From: Promethearchaeota archaeon | GTDB lineage: Archaea > Asgardarchaeota > Lokiarchaeia > Sigyniarchaeales > SOKP01 | Direction: 5' to 3' | Length of the DNA stretch: 64,000 nucleotides | NCBI GenBank assembly: GCA_029838195.1 | Contig: JALGVJ010000031.1 | Coordinates: 1 to 64,000, forward strand | Shown here: piece after piece, positions 18,731-27,938 of the stretch | How positions within the stretch are numbered: position 1 is the stretch's first letter | Layout of the letters: each line of letters starts with the position of its first letter | The notes under the pieces: generated by a model | The model's database searches: none | What the model saw: the letters and a program-made list of their open reading frames with translations, nothing else | Told to the model about the DNA's origin: nothing | Program-made: the position numbers and the translations under genes

Positions 18731-19954
18731 ATGGATGAGAAATCAGAATTTTTTACCGAAGAATTAACGGAAAAAGAGCGGGAATTATATGACCGTCAAT
18801 TTAGATTAGAAGGGTGGTCTCAAAGCATTATTAAAAATTCCCGCGTTTTAATTGCGGGAATAGGTGGTTTAGGATGCGAAATTGCTAAAAATTTAACCAT
18901 GGTAGGCGTGGGACACTTGGATTTAGTAGATCTTGATATAATTGAACATTCTAATTTAAATCGGCAGATTCTATTTGTCGGGGCCAAAATGGGAGAACCA
19001 AAAGCTAAAGCGGCGGTAGAAATATTAAGAAAAATTAATCCAAACATAGAAATTGATGGTTACCATTGCTCCTTAGAGCGTTTAGATCCAATCCTTTATA
19101 AAAAAGCGGATCTTATCATTGGAGGGCTTGATTCAATGAATGCGAGGTTAAATTTGAATGCTCAGTGTGTTCGATTTGGTAAGCCCTTAGTAGATGGAGG
19201 AGTTGCGGGTTACCATGGTCATTTTTATACGGTATTTCCTCATGATAATGCTTGTTATGAATGTAATCCCCTTCCTATTGCCGAAATGAATGAGATGGCA
19301 GCATGCACGGTTGTAGGAATTCCCAGAAAACGAGTACATTGCGTGTTTAAAGCATCCATGGCATTTACCGAACAATATGAACAAGAACCCAATCCGAAAA
19401 ACGTGGAACACGTAAAGTTTCTAAAACAGCATGCGAATGAATTGGTAAAAAAGCATGATTTTTATCCTTTATTTACAAAAGATGAAATCGTGAAAATTAT
19501 TGATCGGCATGATCCAGGGATTATTACAATTAACGCAGTTATCTCAGCAATGCAATCTCATGAAGCCGTAAAAATTTTGCATTGGATGAGAGGAAATACA
19601 TCTTTAGGAGTACCTGTCAAAACTTACTTGATTTATAATGCCATGACTCAAAAACTCTATGCAGTAGAAAAAAAACGTAATCCTAATTGCAGGCAATGTG
19701 GAAATTCTGTAAAAAGAGTGGATGTCTCCCTCTCTCAGAAAGATCCATGTTCTAAAATAATTGAAATATTATTGGAACAAGGATATAGGGTTGATCCCGA
19801 CTTAGAACCTACTCTTACCATCATGGATTTCAATGATATTACAGAAATTGACTTGGAAAAAGATTCCATTCAAAATGGTTTACGAGATTTAGAATTAATA
19901 ACAGCGGCAGGCTTTGATAAAGGAGAAATATTTATTAATTTACATCTTTCTTAA
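18731..19954 (+). CDS. Ubiquitin-like activating enzyme E1 (ThiF/MoeB fold with Uba2/Uba3-like Cys domain)
   Basis: 'LYDRQ', GxGxxG 'GIGGLG', 'D.IEHSNLNRQ', two CxxC motifs (CYEC, CRQC), catalytic 'ACTVVGIPRKRVHC' and a C-terminal UFD-sized domain. Confidence 0.95.
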   Translation: MDEKSEFFTEELTEKERELYDRQFRLEGWSQSIIKNSRVLIAGIGGLGCEIAKNLTMVGVGHLDLVDLDIIEHSNLNRQILFVGAKMGEPKAKAAVEILRKINPNIEIDGYHCSLERLDPILYKKADLIIGGLDSMNARLNLNAQCVRFGKPLVDGGVAGYHGHFYTVFPHDNACYECNPLPIAEMNEMAACTVVGIPRKRVHCVFKASMAFTEQYEQEPNPKNVEHVKFLKQHANELVKKHDFYPLFTKDEIVKIIDRHDPGIITINAVISAMQSHEAVKILHWMRGNTSLGVPVKTYLIYNAMTQKLYAVEKKRNPNCRQCGNSVKRVDVSLSQKDPCSKIIEILLEQGYRVDPDLEPTLTIMDFNDITEIDLEKDSIQNGLRDLELITAAGFDKGEIFINLHLS

Positions 19955-20053
19955 CAAGATTTCATTTCATGATTTAACATGCAAAAATAAATACGAAAAT
20001 TAGTATCATCATATAAAATAATATCGAAATAAAAAAGAAAATAGTGAAAAAGC

Positions 20054-20581
20054 GTGAGTATAAGGAGTTCGAGAATAACTCAAGAGTATGCTGCCCTAAA
20101 GAAATTGCTAAAAAAAGGAACCATCATGCAATTAAAACCATTTGATTCAAAAAGGAAAAGTATCGATCATCTTGCCATTACATTTAAAGGTCCAAAAGGG
20201 ACTGCGTATCAAGGAGGGCTATTCAAACTTGAAATCAAATTCCCCGCCAGGTATCCAAACCAACCACCTTTTGTTCGGCTACACACTCCCATTTGGCACC
20301 CGAACTTCTGGCCTAAACCCTCCGAATATCCTGGACAAAGAAATATATGTCTTGCTTTGGTAGATCCTTCTTTAATTGGGAAGAAGGGAGGGTGGAGTCC
20401 TTCAAAAACCGCTGTGACGGTTGTCCAAGCAATAATTGCCATGTTAAATACGAAAGGATTGTTCATTAATCCAAAAGACGTGTTTAATAAAAAAGCAGCC
20501 ATTGAAATGATGGAACGTCCTGATTATTTTGAAAAAAAAGTTCGGCACCTTGTAAAAAAATATGCGAATAAAAAATGGTGA
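20054..20581 (+). CDS. Ubiquitin-conjugating enzyme E2 (UBC fold)
   Basis: 'GPKGTAYQGGLFKL.I.FP..YP..PP.V....PIWHPN', catalytic 'NICL' and 'WSP'. Confidence 0.95.
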   Translation: MSIRSSRITQEYAALKKLLKKGTIMQLKPFDSKRKSIDHLAITFKGPKGTAYQGGLFKLEIKFPARYPNQPPFVRLHTPIWHPNFWPKPSEYPGQRNICLALVDPSLIGKKGGWSPSKTAVTVVQAIIAMLNTKGLFINPKDVFNKKAAIEMMERPDYFEKKVRHLVKKYANKKW

Positions 20582-21372
20582 TGTTCATGGGTTCAAATGA
20601 ATTTAATAAAGAAGAAATTAAACGAAAAATAAAAGAAAAAATAAAAGAGCGTATAACGCGAGAACTCATCGAAGAGATTTATCAAGAATTAAATTTTGAA
20701 AAAAATGAATTAATTGAAGAAATAACCTCTGTATTGGATTTAGAACTAGTCCCTTCCATGCCTTCCAAGAGCTTTAAGGAACCTTATAAAACAAATAAGA
20801 ATGCTAAGAGACCTAAGATTTCAATTGAAATTAAACCCATCTTAAAGATAGCTAGCCATGCCATTAAATATGCTAATCCTAAAATACCTAAAGAAGAATG
20901 GGTTGAGGTTATAGGGCTTCTGGCCGGCAAGGAGGATAAAAATAAGGATATCCTTTTTATTAAAGATGCTTATCCCATGGGACATGGATCCGCTTTGCAT
21001 GCTGAAATAAAAGATTATAAAAACTATGAGAGAGCATATCAAGACATTCGAAAGAATAACCTCTTTATATGTGGGTGGTATCACTCGCATCCTTCATATG
21101 GCACCTTCATGAGTCAAGAAGACTTAACAACTCAAGAAAGATATCAAAAACTATGGAATAAATCCGTTGCGTTAGTAATCGATCCCACCAAAATTAATGG
21201 TCGTTCTCATGGATTTAAGATATTCAAGACGGGTGTAGCTTCTAATACATGGGAAGAAATACCTCATGAAATAAAAGGAAATCTTTCTCCGGCACTTTTA
21301 CCTGAATTAATTGAATTCATTAATCCCATTATGGATGGAAAAGCAATTTATCTCGAATATGATGAAGAATAA
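20575..21372 (+). CDS. JAMM/MPN+ metallo-isopeptidase (Rpn11/CSN5-like) with an N-terminal helical extension
   Basis: 'EVIGLLAG' Glu plus 'GWYHSHPSYGTFMSQED' (HxH-x7-S-x2-D) and 'VALVIDP'. The start overlaps the E2 stop. Confidence 0.95.
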   Translation: MVMFMGSNEFNKEEIKRKIKEKIKERITRELIEEIYQELNFEKNELIEEITSVLDLELVPSMPSKSFKEPYKTNKNAKRPKISIEIKPILKIASHAIKYANPKIPKEEWVEVIGLLAGKEDKNKDILFIKDAYPMGHGSALHAEIKDYKNYERAYQDIRKNNLFICGWYHSHPSYGTFMSQEDLTTQERYQKLWNKSVALVIDPTKINGRSHGFKIFKTGVASNTWEEIPHEIKGNLSPALLPELIEFINPIMDGKAIYLEYDEE

Positions 21373-22541
21373 TGCTAAAAAAGCGCACGATCGTTTTTTC
21401 TATAGTGATTTTAACTATTGCTGTTATATATGGCTTTTTTATTGAGAATTCAAGGAATATTTTTTGTAGTGTAGTCTTAATTGGCACGTGGTTTTTATTC
21501 GTGCTAAAATATTTTGAAAAAAGAAAGCATTACAATGAATTTAATTCTCCCCATAATACGCCCTTTTTCTTGTTTGCCCCTCTCTTTCTTGGATTATTTT
21601 ATAATTTCTGGAGTTATTATACGGGAATATTGGGAGAAAATCTCTTTAATAATAATGGAGAGAGTTTCTTTTATCTTAGTCCTTGGAGCTTGATTCTTGC
21701 TTTTCCGTGGTTAGTACATGGATTAAATACCGTGAGAAAATGCTTTAAAGATTTTACACTCGTATATATTTTTAAAACAAGATCGATGGGGGGTAAAAAA
21801 TTTGGCACAATATATTCTATTTGTTTGCTTGTTTTAATCTTGCTTCAAGTAATTTACTTACCCGTCATTATGGATGCTCTTTCCTTCATTGTGTCACCCT
21901 CCCATTCCATGTATCCCCTTGCTTATTTTGATGTAATGCTCTTCATTTTTACCACGACGTTGGGAAGCATTTTTCTCTGGCATGGAGTAATCCAGCCAAG
22001 AAGACGTACTCTTCCTTCCGTGACCCCAACTTATGTTTCTCGTAGAAGAAGAGAACTCGATCAATTAAGCAGGAGGGCTTCCCAAGCACCAACAACAGTA
22101 AAAACATCACGTAGGACTCCCCGAATAACTACTACATCAGGAAGCTCACGCTCAAGTTATCAGAGAACAACACCACGGAGGATGGTTCCAGTATCCTCAA
22201 CTTCTAAAAGAAAGGATAAATCAAGGTCATCTGGTCGAGCAAAAAGCTCATCAATGGATCAATATAAACCAAAGGCTGGTATTTTAACTCTCGACGATTT
22301 CAAATGCATTTTTTGTTTCAAACTTCCTTCCCTTTCTGCAGATAAAAATAGAGGAATAGTATTATGCCCTAAATGCAAGCATCCGGCTCACGAAGATGAA
22401 TTTAGAGAATGGACTAAAGTATCTTCCTTATGTTCACGCTGTGATGCCCCTCTTCCTTCCAATTTCATCAGAAATCCCACTATCATTCCATTAAAGAAAT
22501 ATATAGAAGTCATTGAAGACTTCAAGAAAAGAAAAAAATAA
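21372..22541 (+). CDS. Multi-pass membrane protein with a C-terminal RING-type Zn finger (putative E3 ligase)
   Basis: About 6 hydrophobic helices (aa 5-205), an S/T/R-rich linker, then 'CIFC..CPKCKHPAHEDEFREW......CSRC'. TAATG overlap with the JAMM gene. Confidence 0.85.
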   Translation: MLKKRTIVFSIVILTIAVIYGFFIENSRNIFCSVVLIGTWFLFVLKYFEKRKHYNEFNSPHNTPFFLFAPLFLGLFYNFWSYYTGILGENLFNNNGESFFYLSPWSLILAFPWLVHGLNTVRKCFKDFTLVYIFKTRSMGGKKFGTIYSICLLVLILLQVIYLPVIMDALSFIVSPSHSMYPLAYFDVMLFIFTTTLGSIFLWHGVIQPRRRTLPSVTPTYVSRRRRELDQLSRRASQAPTTVKTSRRTPRITTTSGSSRSSYQRTTPRRMVPVSSTSKRKDKSRSSGRAKSSSMDQYKPKAGILTLDDFKCIFCFKLPSLSADKNRGIVLCPKCKHPAHEDEFREWTKVSSLCSRCDAPLPSNFIRNPTIIPLKKYIEVIEDFKKRKK

Positions 22542-23299
22542 ATCTCACAAAATAATATTGAAAAAGAGATTTTCTTTTATTTTACTGATTTCGTATTTAT
22601 CGTGTTTCTTTAATTAGCTTGTTTGGTCGTGAAACCATGCCCTAATGAACCTTTTGATTAAGTTTCTCTTAACCCAGGGTTAAGCAATATCTTAATTGGT
22701 ATCCTTAAGATTGATAATTCTTGCTATTTTTTGTTTATTAGCATTGAAAAATTATAAATCATGAATTCTCTCATATATTCAATTTAGCAAATTAATCCGC
22801 CTTCTAATATCATGACCGATCAAGAAATTATCGAATATGATTTTTTAAGAACAAGCATTCTGAATGTATTTACTGCGGGAGTTTCACATTCTAGAAAAAA
22901 TTATGATGAGCTTCTACACTTGTCTTTTAATACACAACAAACATGTAAATTAGTCTTAAAGAATGATGAATTAGTCGAAAGTTAATACTTCAAACAGAAT
23001 TTAAATTAAAAAAAAAATTAAAACCATCAATTAAAAATGCCGTTTTTAATAAAATCCACGTTAAATCTGAAATTTTTAACTCATTACAGCAAAAATTAAT
23101 ATTTAATCTTCTTTTAAACTATATGATTTGCTCATCCTTTTTTATTCGTCCAGAAAACTGAATTTTTACCTTCTAACCCTCTCCAATAAACTGTGTCATG
23201 AGAAAATTTTTATTCCAGCTGATATTGTCAAAATTATATCATTTTTCACGAAATATATTAATCTTAAATTAATTACATGTTCTAAAAGAGAAAATAAAA

Positions 23300-24073
23300 A
23301 TGGCAGAGGAAGAAGTACTCTATAATAAAGAAGGGGATATAGGAATCATTACCCTAAACAAACCGGAACAACGAAACACGTTAGATTTAAATACACTTAA
23401 TCAACTGGTAGAGGCTTTTAGAAAAAGTGCTAATAATCAAGATGTTTGCGTCATCTATCAAGCAGAAGGCAAACATTTTACCGTAGGAGCTGATTTAAAA
23501 TATGCTCATGAAATCTTAACAGATCCCTCCCGACTAGAAGAAGGCGTCTTGTTTCAAAACACGTTTCAAACTTTAACAAGAGCCATGATGAGCCATCCGG
23601 GAATTATTATTGTCGGGTTACACGGATGGGTAATTGGAGGTGGATTCGAACAAACGCTCTATTGTGATATAAGAATCGCCGCTGACGATACTCGAATAAT
23701 GTTGCCCGAATTAGGCGTTGGCATTTTTTTTTCAAATGCTTCTACAAAATTACTACCACGAATCATAGGAGAGGGAAGAGCTAAACACCTCATGTTATTA
23801 GGACAAGAAATTAATGCTGAAGAAGCACTACAAATCGGATTGGTTACCCAAGTATGCAAACCCACGGCATTAAAACGAATTTTAAAAAAAATGGCAAATA
23901 CTATTGTCCAAAAAAGCCATCTGGCCTTGCAGTATACTAAAAAACTCGTAAATGAAAATCAAGATTTGCCCATGGACGCCGTTTTAGATAGTGAAGCGCT
24001 GGCAATGCTAGAAACGGGACGTTCTGAGGAAGCAAAAAAACGGATTACCAAATTTGCTACCGAACGGCATTAA
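23300..24073 (+). CDS. Enoyl-CoA hydratase/isomerase
   Basis: 'ITLNKPE.RN.L', 'FTVGADL', 'GWVIGGGFE', 'LPELGVG'. Confidence 0.92.
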   Translation: MAEEEVLYNKEGDIGIITLNKPEQRNTLDLNTLNQLVEAFRKSANNQDVCVIYQAEGKHFTVGADLKYAHEILTDPSRLEEGVLFQNTFQTLTRAMMSHPGIIIVGLHGWVIGGGFEQTLYCDIRIAADDTRIMLPELGVGIFFSNASTKLLPRIIGEGRAKHLMLLGQEINAEEALQIGLVTQVCKPTALKRILKKMANTIVQKSHLALQYTKKLVNENQDLPMDAVLDSEALAMLETGRSEEAKKRITKFATERH

Positions 24074-24269
24074 GCATTTTTTTAATTAACATTTTTTACT
24101 CCTTTTTCTCACGGGAGGGCAAGTTTTTTTAAATTAACATTAATCTTATTTTTAAGAAGGCAATTTTAATCGTTAGAATAAATTGATTAAAAAATTAAGA
24201 GTAAAGAAATTTTATAATAAAAAATTAGTTAAATAATTTAAAATTGTAAATTTAAAAAAGAAAATTTTT

Positions 24270-25211
24270 TTAATTTTTTGAATGAATGGGATTTTTATCC
24301 ATGCAGGGGACATTAAACTGGCAAAAAGCACAACCTACCGGAGGATATCGTTGTTTTTTATAAACTCCAGCAATACGTCTCCAATGTGGTTTTAATATAT
24401 CTCTAAATTTCTTTTCCATTTTACTTGCAATCATTTGTTCATATTTAAAGCATTTCCATTTATCATGCCCTTTTTCAGAAAGTGCACCAGCCGGGCAACG
24501 CTCAACGCATTTTTTACAAGTTCCTTTAGTATAAAATAAGCAATTTCCATACGGATCATCATTCTTGCGAGGAGTCGCTTTAAGAGGGGCATCAGTAATA
24601 ACGGAACCAAGGCGAATATTGCATCCTAATTCAGTGATCAGTCCTTCATGAAGACTAAAAGTTCCTAATCCGGCAGCAAATGCAACATGCCGTTCTGACC
24701 AAGTGGAATAAAAATAAGGATATTTTCTTTTAACAAGAATATTATATTTCTCATTTAAGATTCCGATCATGGCACTAAAACCTTTCTTTTCCAAAAAACC
24801 TTTAGTCTTTTTTAAAATATCGAAAATAAGTTCATTGGCATAATTTCTTCCAATGCAATAAATATCTGCAGGCATCGTGGTTTGGTGCATGCTTTTTTCT
24901 CGAATTAGAGCCGTGTAAGGAAAAACAATAGAGATTACTTTCAATGAACTGTCGGCTTCTTTAAGGTTTAAACCATTTGCTTCCCACATCTCCATCGGTG
25001 TTAAGTGAGACTCATTAATTATGGTCTTATATTGCTGAAAAATGGGATCCGCTCCATCTGCTATCCCCATTAGGGGATTTGAAAAGATTTTTCCTCCTCC
25101 GAATATTTCCGGAAGTCTATTCAAGGAATTTTGATCAAGCAATCTTATTAAAAAATCCTTCAATTCATTATTTAACATCATTTTTATCAAAAAGAACTCT
25201 TCAATTTTCAA
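24270..25211 (-). CDS. Epoxyqueuosine reductase (QueG)-like Fe-S protein
   Basis: 'WSERHVAFAAGLGTFSL', 'RLGSVITD', CLF.....CKKCVERCP and CAFCQ...PC. Confidence 0.85.
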   Translation of the reverse strand: MKIEEFFLIKMMLNNELKDFLIRLLDQNSLNRLPEIFGGGKIFSNPLMGIADGADPIFQQYKTIINESHLTPMEMWEANGLNLKEADSSLKVISIVFPYTALIREKSMHQTTMPADIYCIGRNYANELIFDILKKTKGFLEKKGFSAMIGILNEKYNILVKRKYPYFYSTWSERHVAFAAGLGTFSLHEGLITELGCNIRLGSVITDAPLKATPRKNDDPYGNCLFYTKGTCKKCVERCPAGALSEKGHDKWKCFKYEQMIASKMEKKFRDILKPHWRRIAGVYKKQRYPPVGCAFCQFNVPCMDKNPIHSKN

Positions 25212-25406
25212 TATTTTGTATTTTAAAATTCAATTAATATATTATTATCATTATCATGTGGTGGTTCCAAAAAATATTTTCAACCTCAATAATTAATCAT
25301 CAAAAATACTGCATTCCGTAAAATTAATTTAATACAATTATATCGGGCATGTATTTTTTAAAAAATAAAAAACGATTAATAAAAAAATTAAAAAAATCAA
25401 TTGAAT

Positions 25407-26798
25407 TTAGATTTTAAGTTCCTTTAATCTTTCCTTATTGATTTTTATACGATCGGGCGTAAGATTGTATAGGCTCAAGAATAATAGAAGCCCTATTAAC
25501 ATGAAAATCATTGGAACTATTCCAAATAATAATTGAATGCCCCTAATCGCCTCGGCCGATTGTATGGCCGACCCTTCAACAAAACCGGTAAGTGAATGGA
25601 CGATTCCAAAGCTTAATGCTTGTAAGACAATGCCGAACCTTCCAAAGAATTGCTGAATGCCAAACAAAATTCCTTCATCATGTTTCTCATACTTAGCTGT
25701 ATAATCATCTACGGCAGAAGCCATTACGGGCGATAAGTAAACCCAAACACCGCCTAATCCAATACCCCAAAAAATTAACAATAGAAATAACAAGATATGC
25801 ACGTTAAATAATGATAAGAATATGGAAAAAAGACATAACAAAACGCAAGCTATGGTCATCATTTTCTTATCATTATTTGCTCTCTGACCTACATAAACCC
25901 AAAATGGAGTAGAAGCCACGGCACCTATTAAAAATCCAACCTGTAGGAGTACTTGTCCTCCAGCTTGCATTCCTAATACAAATCGAACAATATAAGCAAC
26001 ACTCGTTTGAACAAGCGTAGTCACAGTATTGAAAAAAAGATATAAAAATACATAACCTACAAAAGGGGAACACTTGAATGCTTCTTTCATAGATCTAAAG
26101 AAGGATTTACGAGCTTCTTTTTCTTTACTTTTAAGAAGGAATCGCTCGATCATTTCAGGATCATCTCTAAGTCCCGGAATTGTTAGGGAAAAAATAATTA
26201 AAGTTCCAAGTATTACCACTCCAGCTTGAGTGACGAATGATTGCGTATCACCATAGGTGACGAGTAATGGTGGTACGATACCCCCGAGTGTAACGCCTAC
26301 AGCACCTATAGGTATGCCGATTCCATTAGTCATGCGCCGTTCCTTCAATGAAGTAAATTTCATCGGAAATAAGGCCCAAAAGTTTATTTCAAATATTGTA
26401 GCAAATGAATCAAATAAACAAGTTGAAAAAACGAGCCATGCAAAAATTATCCATTGTCCTTCTACGGGATTAACTTTGGGAGGAAGAAATATTAATAGGT
26501 AACTAAAGATCCACGGAATTCCTCCAATTATAGTCCAAGGAAAAAAACGACCCCATTTTTTAGTGAATTTAAATGGCCGATTAGTCAAGTAACCTCCAAT
26601 AGGGTCATTTACAGCGTTCCATATCGCATATATGATGTAGCCAAGAGTCGTGAGCCAAGTATTTAACCCAATTTCGCTTTCATAAAAGTAAAAAGTAAAA
26701 GCCGCAAATGACATCATTATGAATTGTCTTACAGCCCTACCGCACCCATAAGAAGCCATTATCAATTTTGAATGTTGACGTTCTTCTACATTTTCCAT
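25407..26798 (-). CDS. MFS transporter, GPH/MelB family
   Basis: About 12 TM helices and 'WNAVNDP..GYL......KWGR..PW'. Confidence 0.9.
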   Translation of the reverse strand: MENVEERQHSKLIMASYGCGRAVRQFIMMSFAAFTFYFYESEIGLNTWLTTLGYIIYAIWNAVNDPIGGYLTNRPFKFTKKWGRFFPWTIIGGIPWIFSYLLIFLPPKVNPVEGQWIIFAWLVFSTCLFDSFATIFEINFWALFPMKFTSLKERRMTNGIGIPIGAVGVTLGGIVPPLLVTYGDTQSFVTQAGVVILGTLIIFSLTIPGLRDDPEMIERFLLKSKEKEARKSFFRSMKEAFKCSPFVGYVFLYLFFNTVTTLVQTSVAYIVRFVLGMQAGGQVLLQVGFLIGAVASTPFWVYVGQRANNDKKMMTIACVLLCLFSIFLSLFNVHILLFLLLIFWGIGLGGVWVYLSPVMASAVDDYTAKYEKHDEGILFGIQQFFGRFGIVLQALSFGIVHSLTGFVEGSAIQSAEAIRGIQLLFGIVPMIFMLIGLLLFLSLYNLTPDRIKINKERLKELKI

Positions 26799-27009
26799 AA
26801 TTTTTAGACTAAAAATTTTAATTATTATAATGAAAACATATTATAGTGTATATTCGTTGATTATTTATTTAAAGTTTTGTACTAGAAAAATTCAAAATTA
26901 TACTTTTAATGGGCCCGCATGATTTAGAATCATTAGAGGTGTCTAATTATCGTGGAAAAAATTAACTTGAATATTTCTTTTTTTTATTTTATAATGATAA
27001 AATGGGAAA

Positions 27010-27933
27010 ATGATGAAAGATATAAAGATTAAACGACTTGAAACCAATCCCATTATATATCCTGAAATGGATTCGAGCTTGGGAGAAAATATCACGGGTC
27101 CTTCCTTAATTTACATTCCTCGATGGATTGAGGAGCCTTTAGGGAAATATTATTTATATTTTGCAAGTCATAAGGGAACTTATATTAGATTAGCATTTTC
27201 TGAATCGTTAGAAGGTCCTTGGAAAATATATAAAAAAGGTACATTACATCTCAATGAATCGCTTTTTCCATCAGTGGTTCCAGAACTAAAAATAAAAAAG
27301 ACTTCATTAGGGGAAAATATTCCACACGTTGCTTCTCCAGATGTTCACGTCATGGAAGATTCAAGAGAAATTCGAATGTATTATCACGGATTAGAATCTG
27401 ATGGGCGTCAAGTGTCCAGAGTTGCAAGATCGAAGGATGGAATCCACTTTCAAGCTGAACCAGAAATCTTATCTCCTCCTTATCTTCGAATTTTTCAATA
27501 TAACGGATATTTTTATGGAATGTGCATGCCGGGGATTTTCTATAGATCAGTTAATGGTTTAACCAATTTTGAAAGAGGTCCAATGTTATTTTCCGGAAGA
27601 ATGCGCCATTCTGCGGTACGAGTCCATGAAGATCAATTGGAAGTATATTGGACAAGAGTAAAAGATTCTCCCGAGCGTATCTTACTATCAAAAATTAAAT
27701 TGAGTCAAGACTGGTGGCAATGGAAAGCTTCCGAACCATTAGAAATATTAAGACCGGAAGAAAATTGGGAAGGTGCTAATTTACCCGTAGAACCATCCAA
27801 GCGCGGTCCTGTAAATGAAAAAGTTTGTCAATTAAGAGATCCAGAAATATACGAAGAAAATAATAAAATTTATTTGTTATACGTGGTTGCTGGAGAAAAA
27901 GGAATAGCAATTGCTGAAATAATAGAATCATGA
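27010..27933 (+). CDS. Five-bladed beta-propeller glycoside hydrolase-like protein
   Basis: 'NPII', 'YYLYFA...G..I.LA.S..L.GPW', 'SPDVH', 'RDP.IYEE..K.YL.Y'. Confidence 0.75.
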   Translation: MMKDIKIKRLETNPIIYPEMDSSLGENITGPSLIYIPRWIEEPLGKYYLYFASHKGTYIRLAFSESLEGPWKIYKKGTLHLNESLFPSVVPELKIKKTSLGENIPHVASPDVHVMEDSREIRMYYHGLESDGRQVSRVARSKDGIHFQAEPEILSPPYLRIFQYNGYFYGMCMPGIFYRSVNGLTNFERGPMLFSGRMRHSAVRVHEDQLEVYWTRVKDSPERILLSKIKLSQDWWQWKASEPLEILRPEENWEGANLPVEPSKRGPVNEKVCQLRDPEIYEENNKIYLLYVVAGEKGIAIAEIIES

Positions 27934-27938
27934 AATTT

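Noticed and set aside
18731-19954. E1 as a MoeB/ThiF sulfur-carrier activator for cofactor biosynthesis
   Set aside because: The Uba2/3-type Cys domain and the adjacent E2, JAMM and RING genes indicate protein conjugation, and there are no Moco or thiamine genes nearby.
22812-22985. 57-codon ORF (MTDQEIIEYDFL...) downstream of the RING gene as a sixth operon member
   Set aside because: It is separated by about 270 bp of T-rich terminator-like sequence, has no recognisable motif and is probably a gene remnant.
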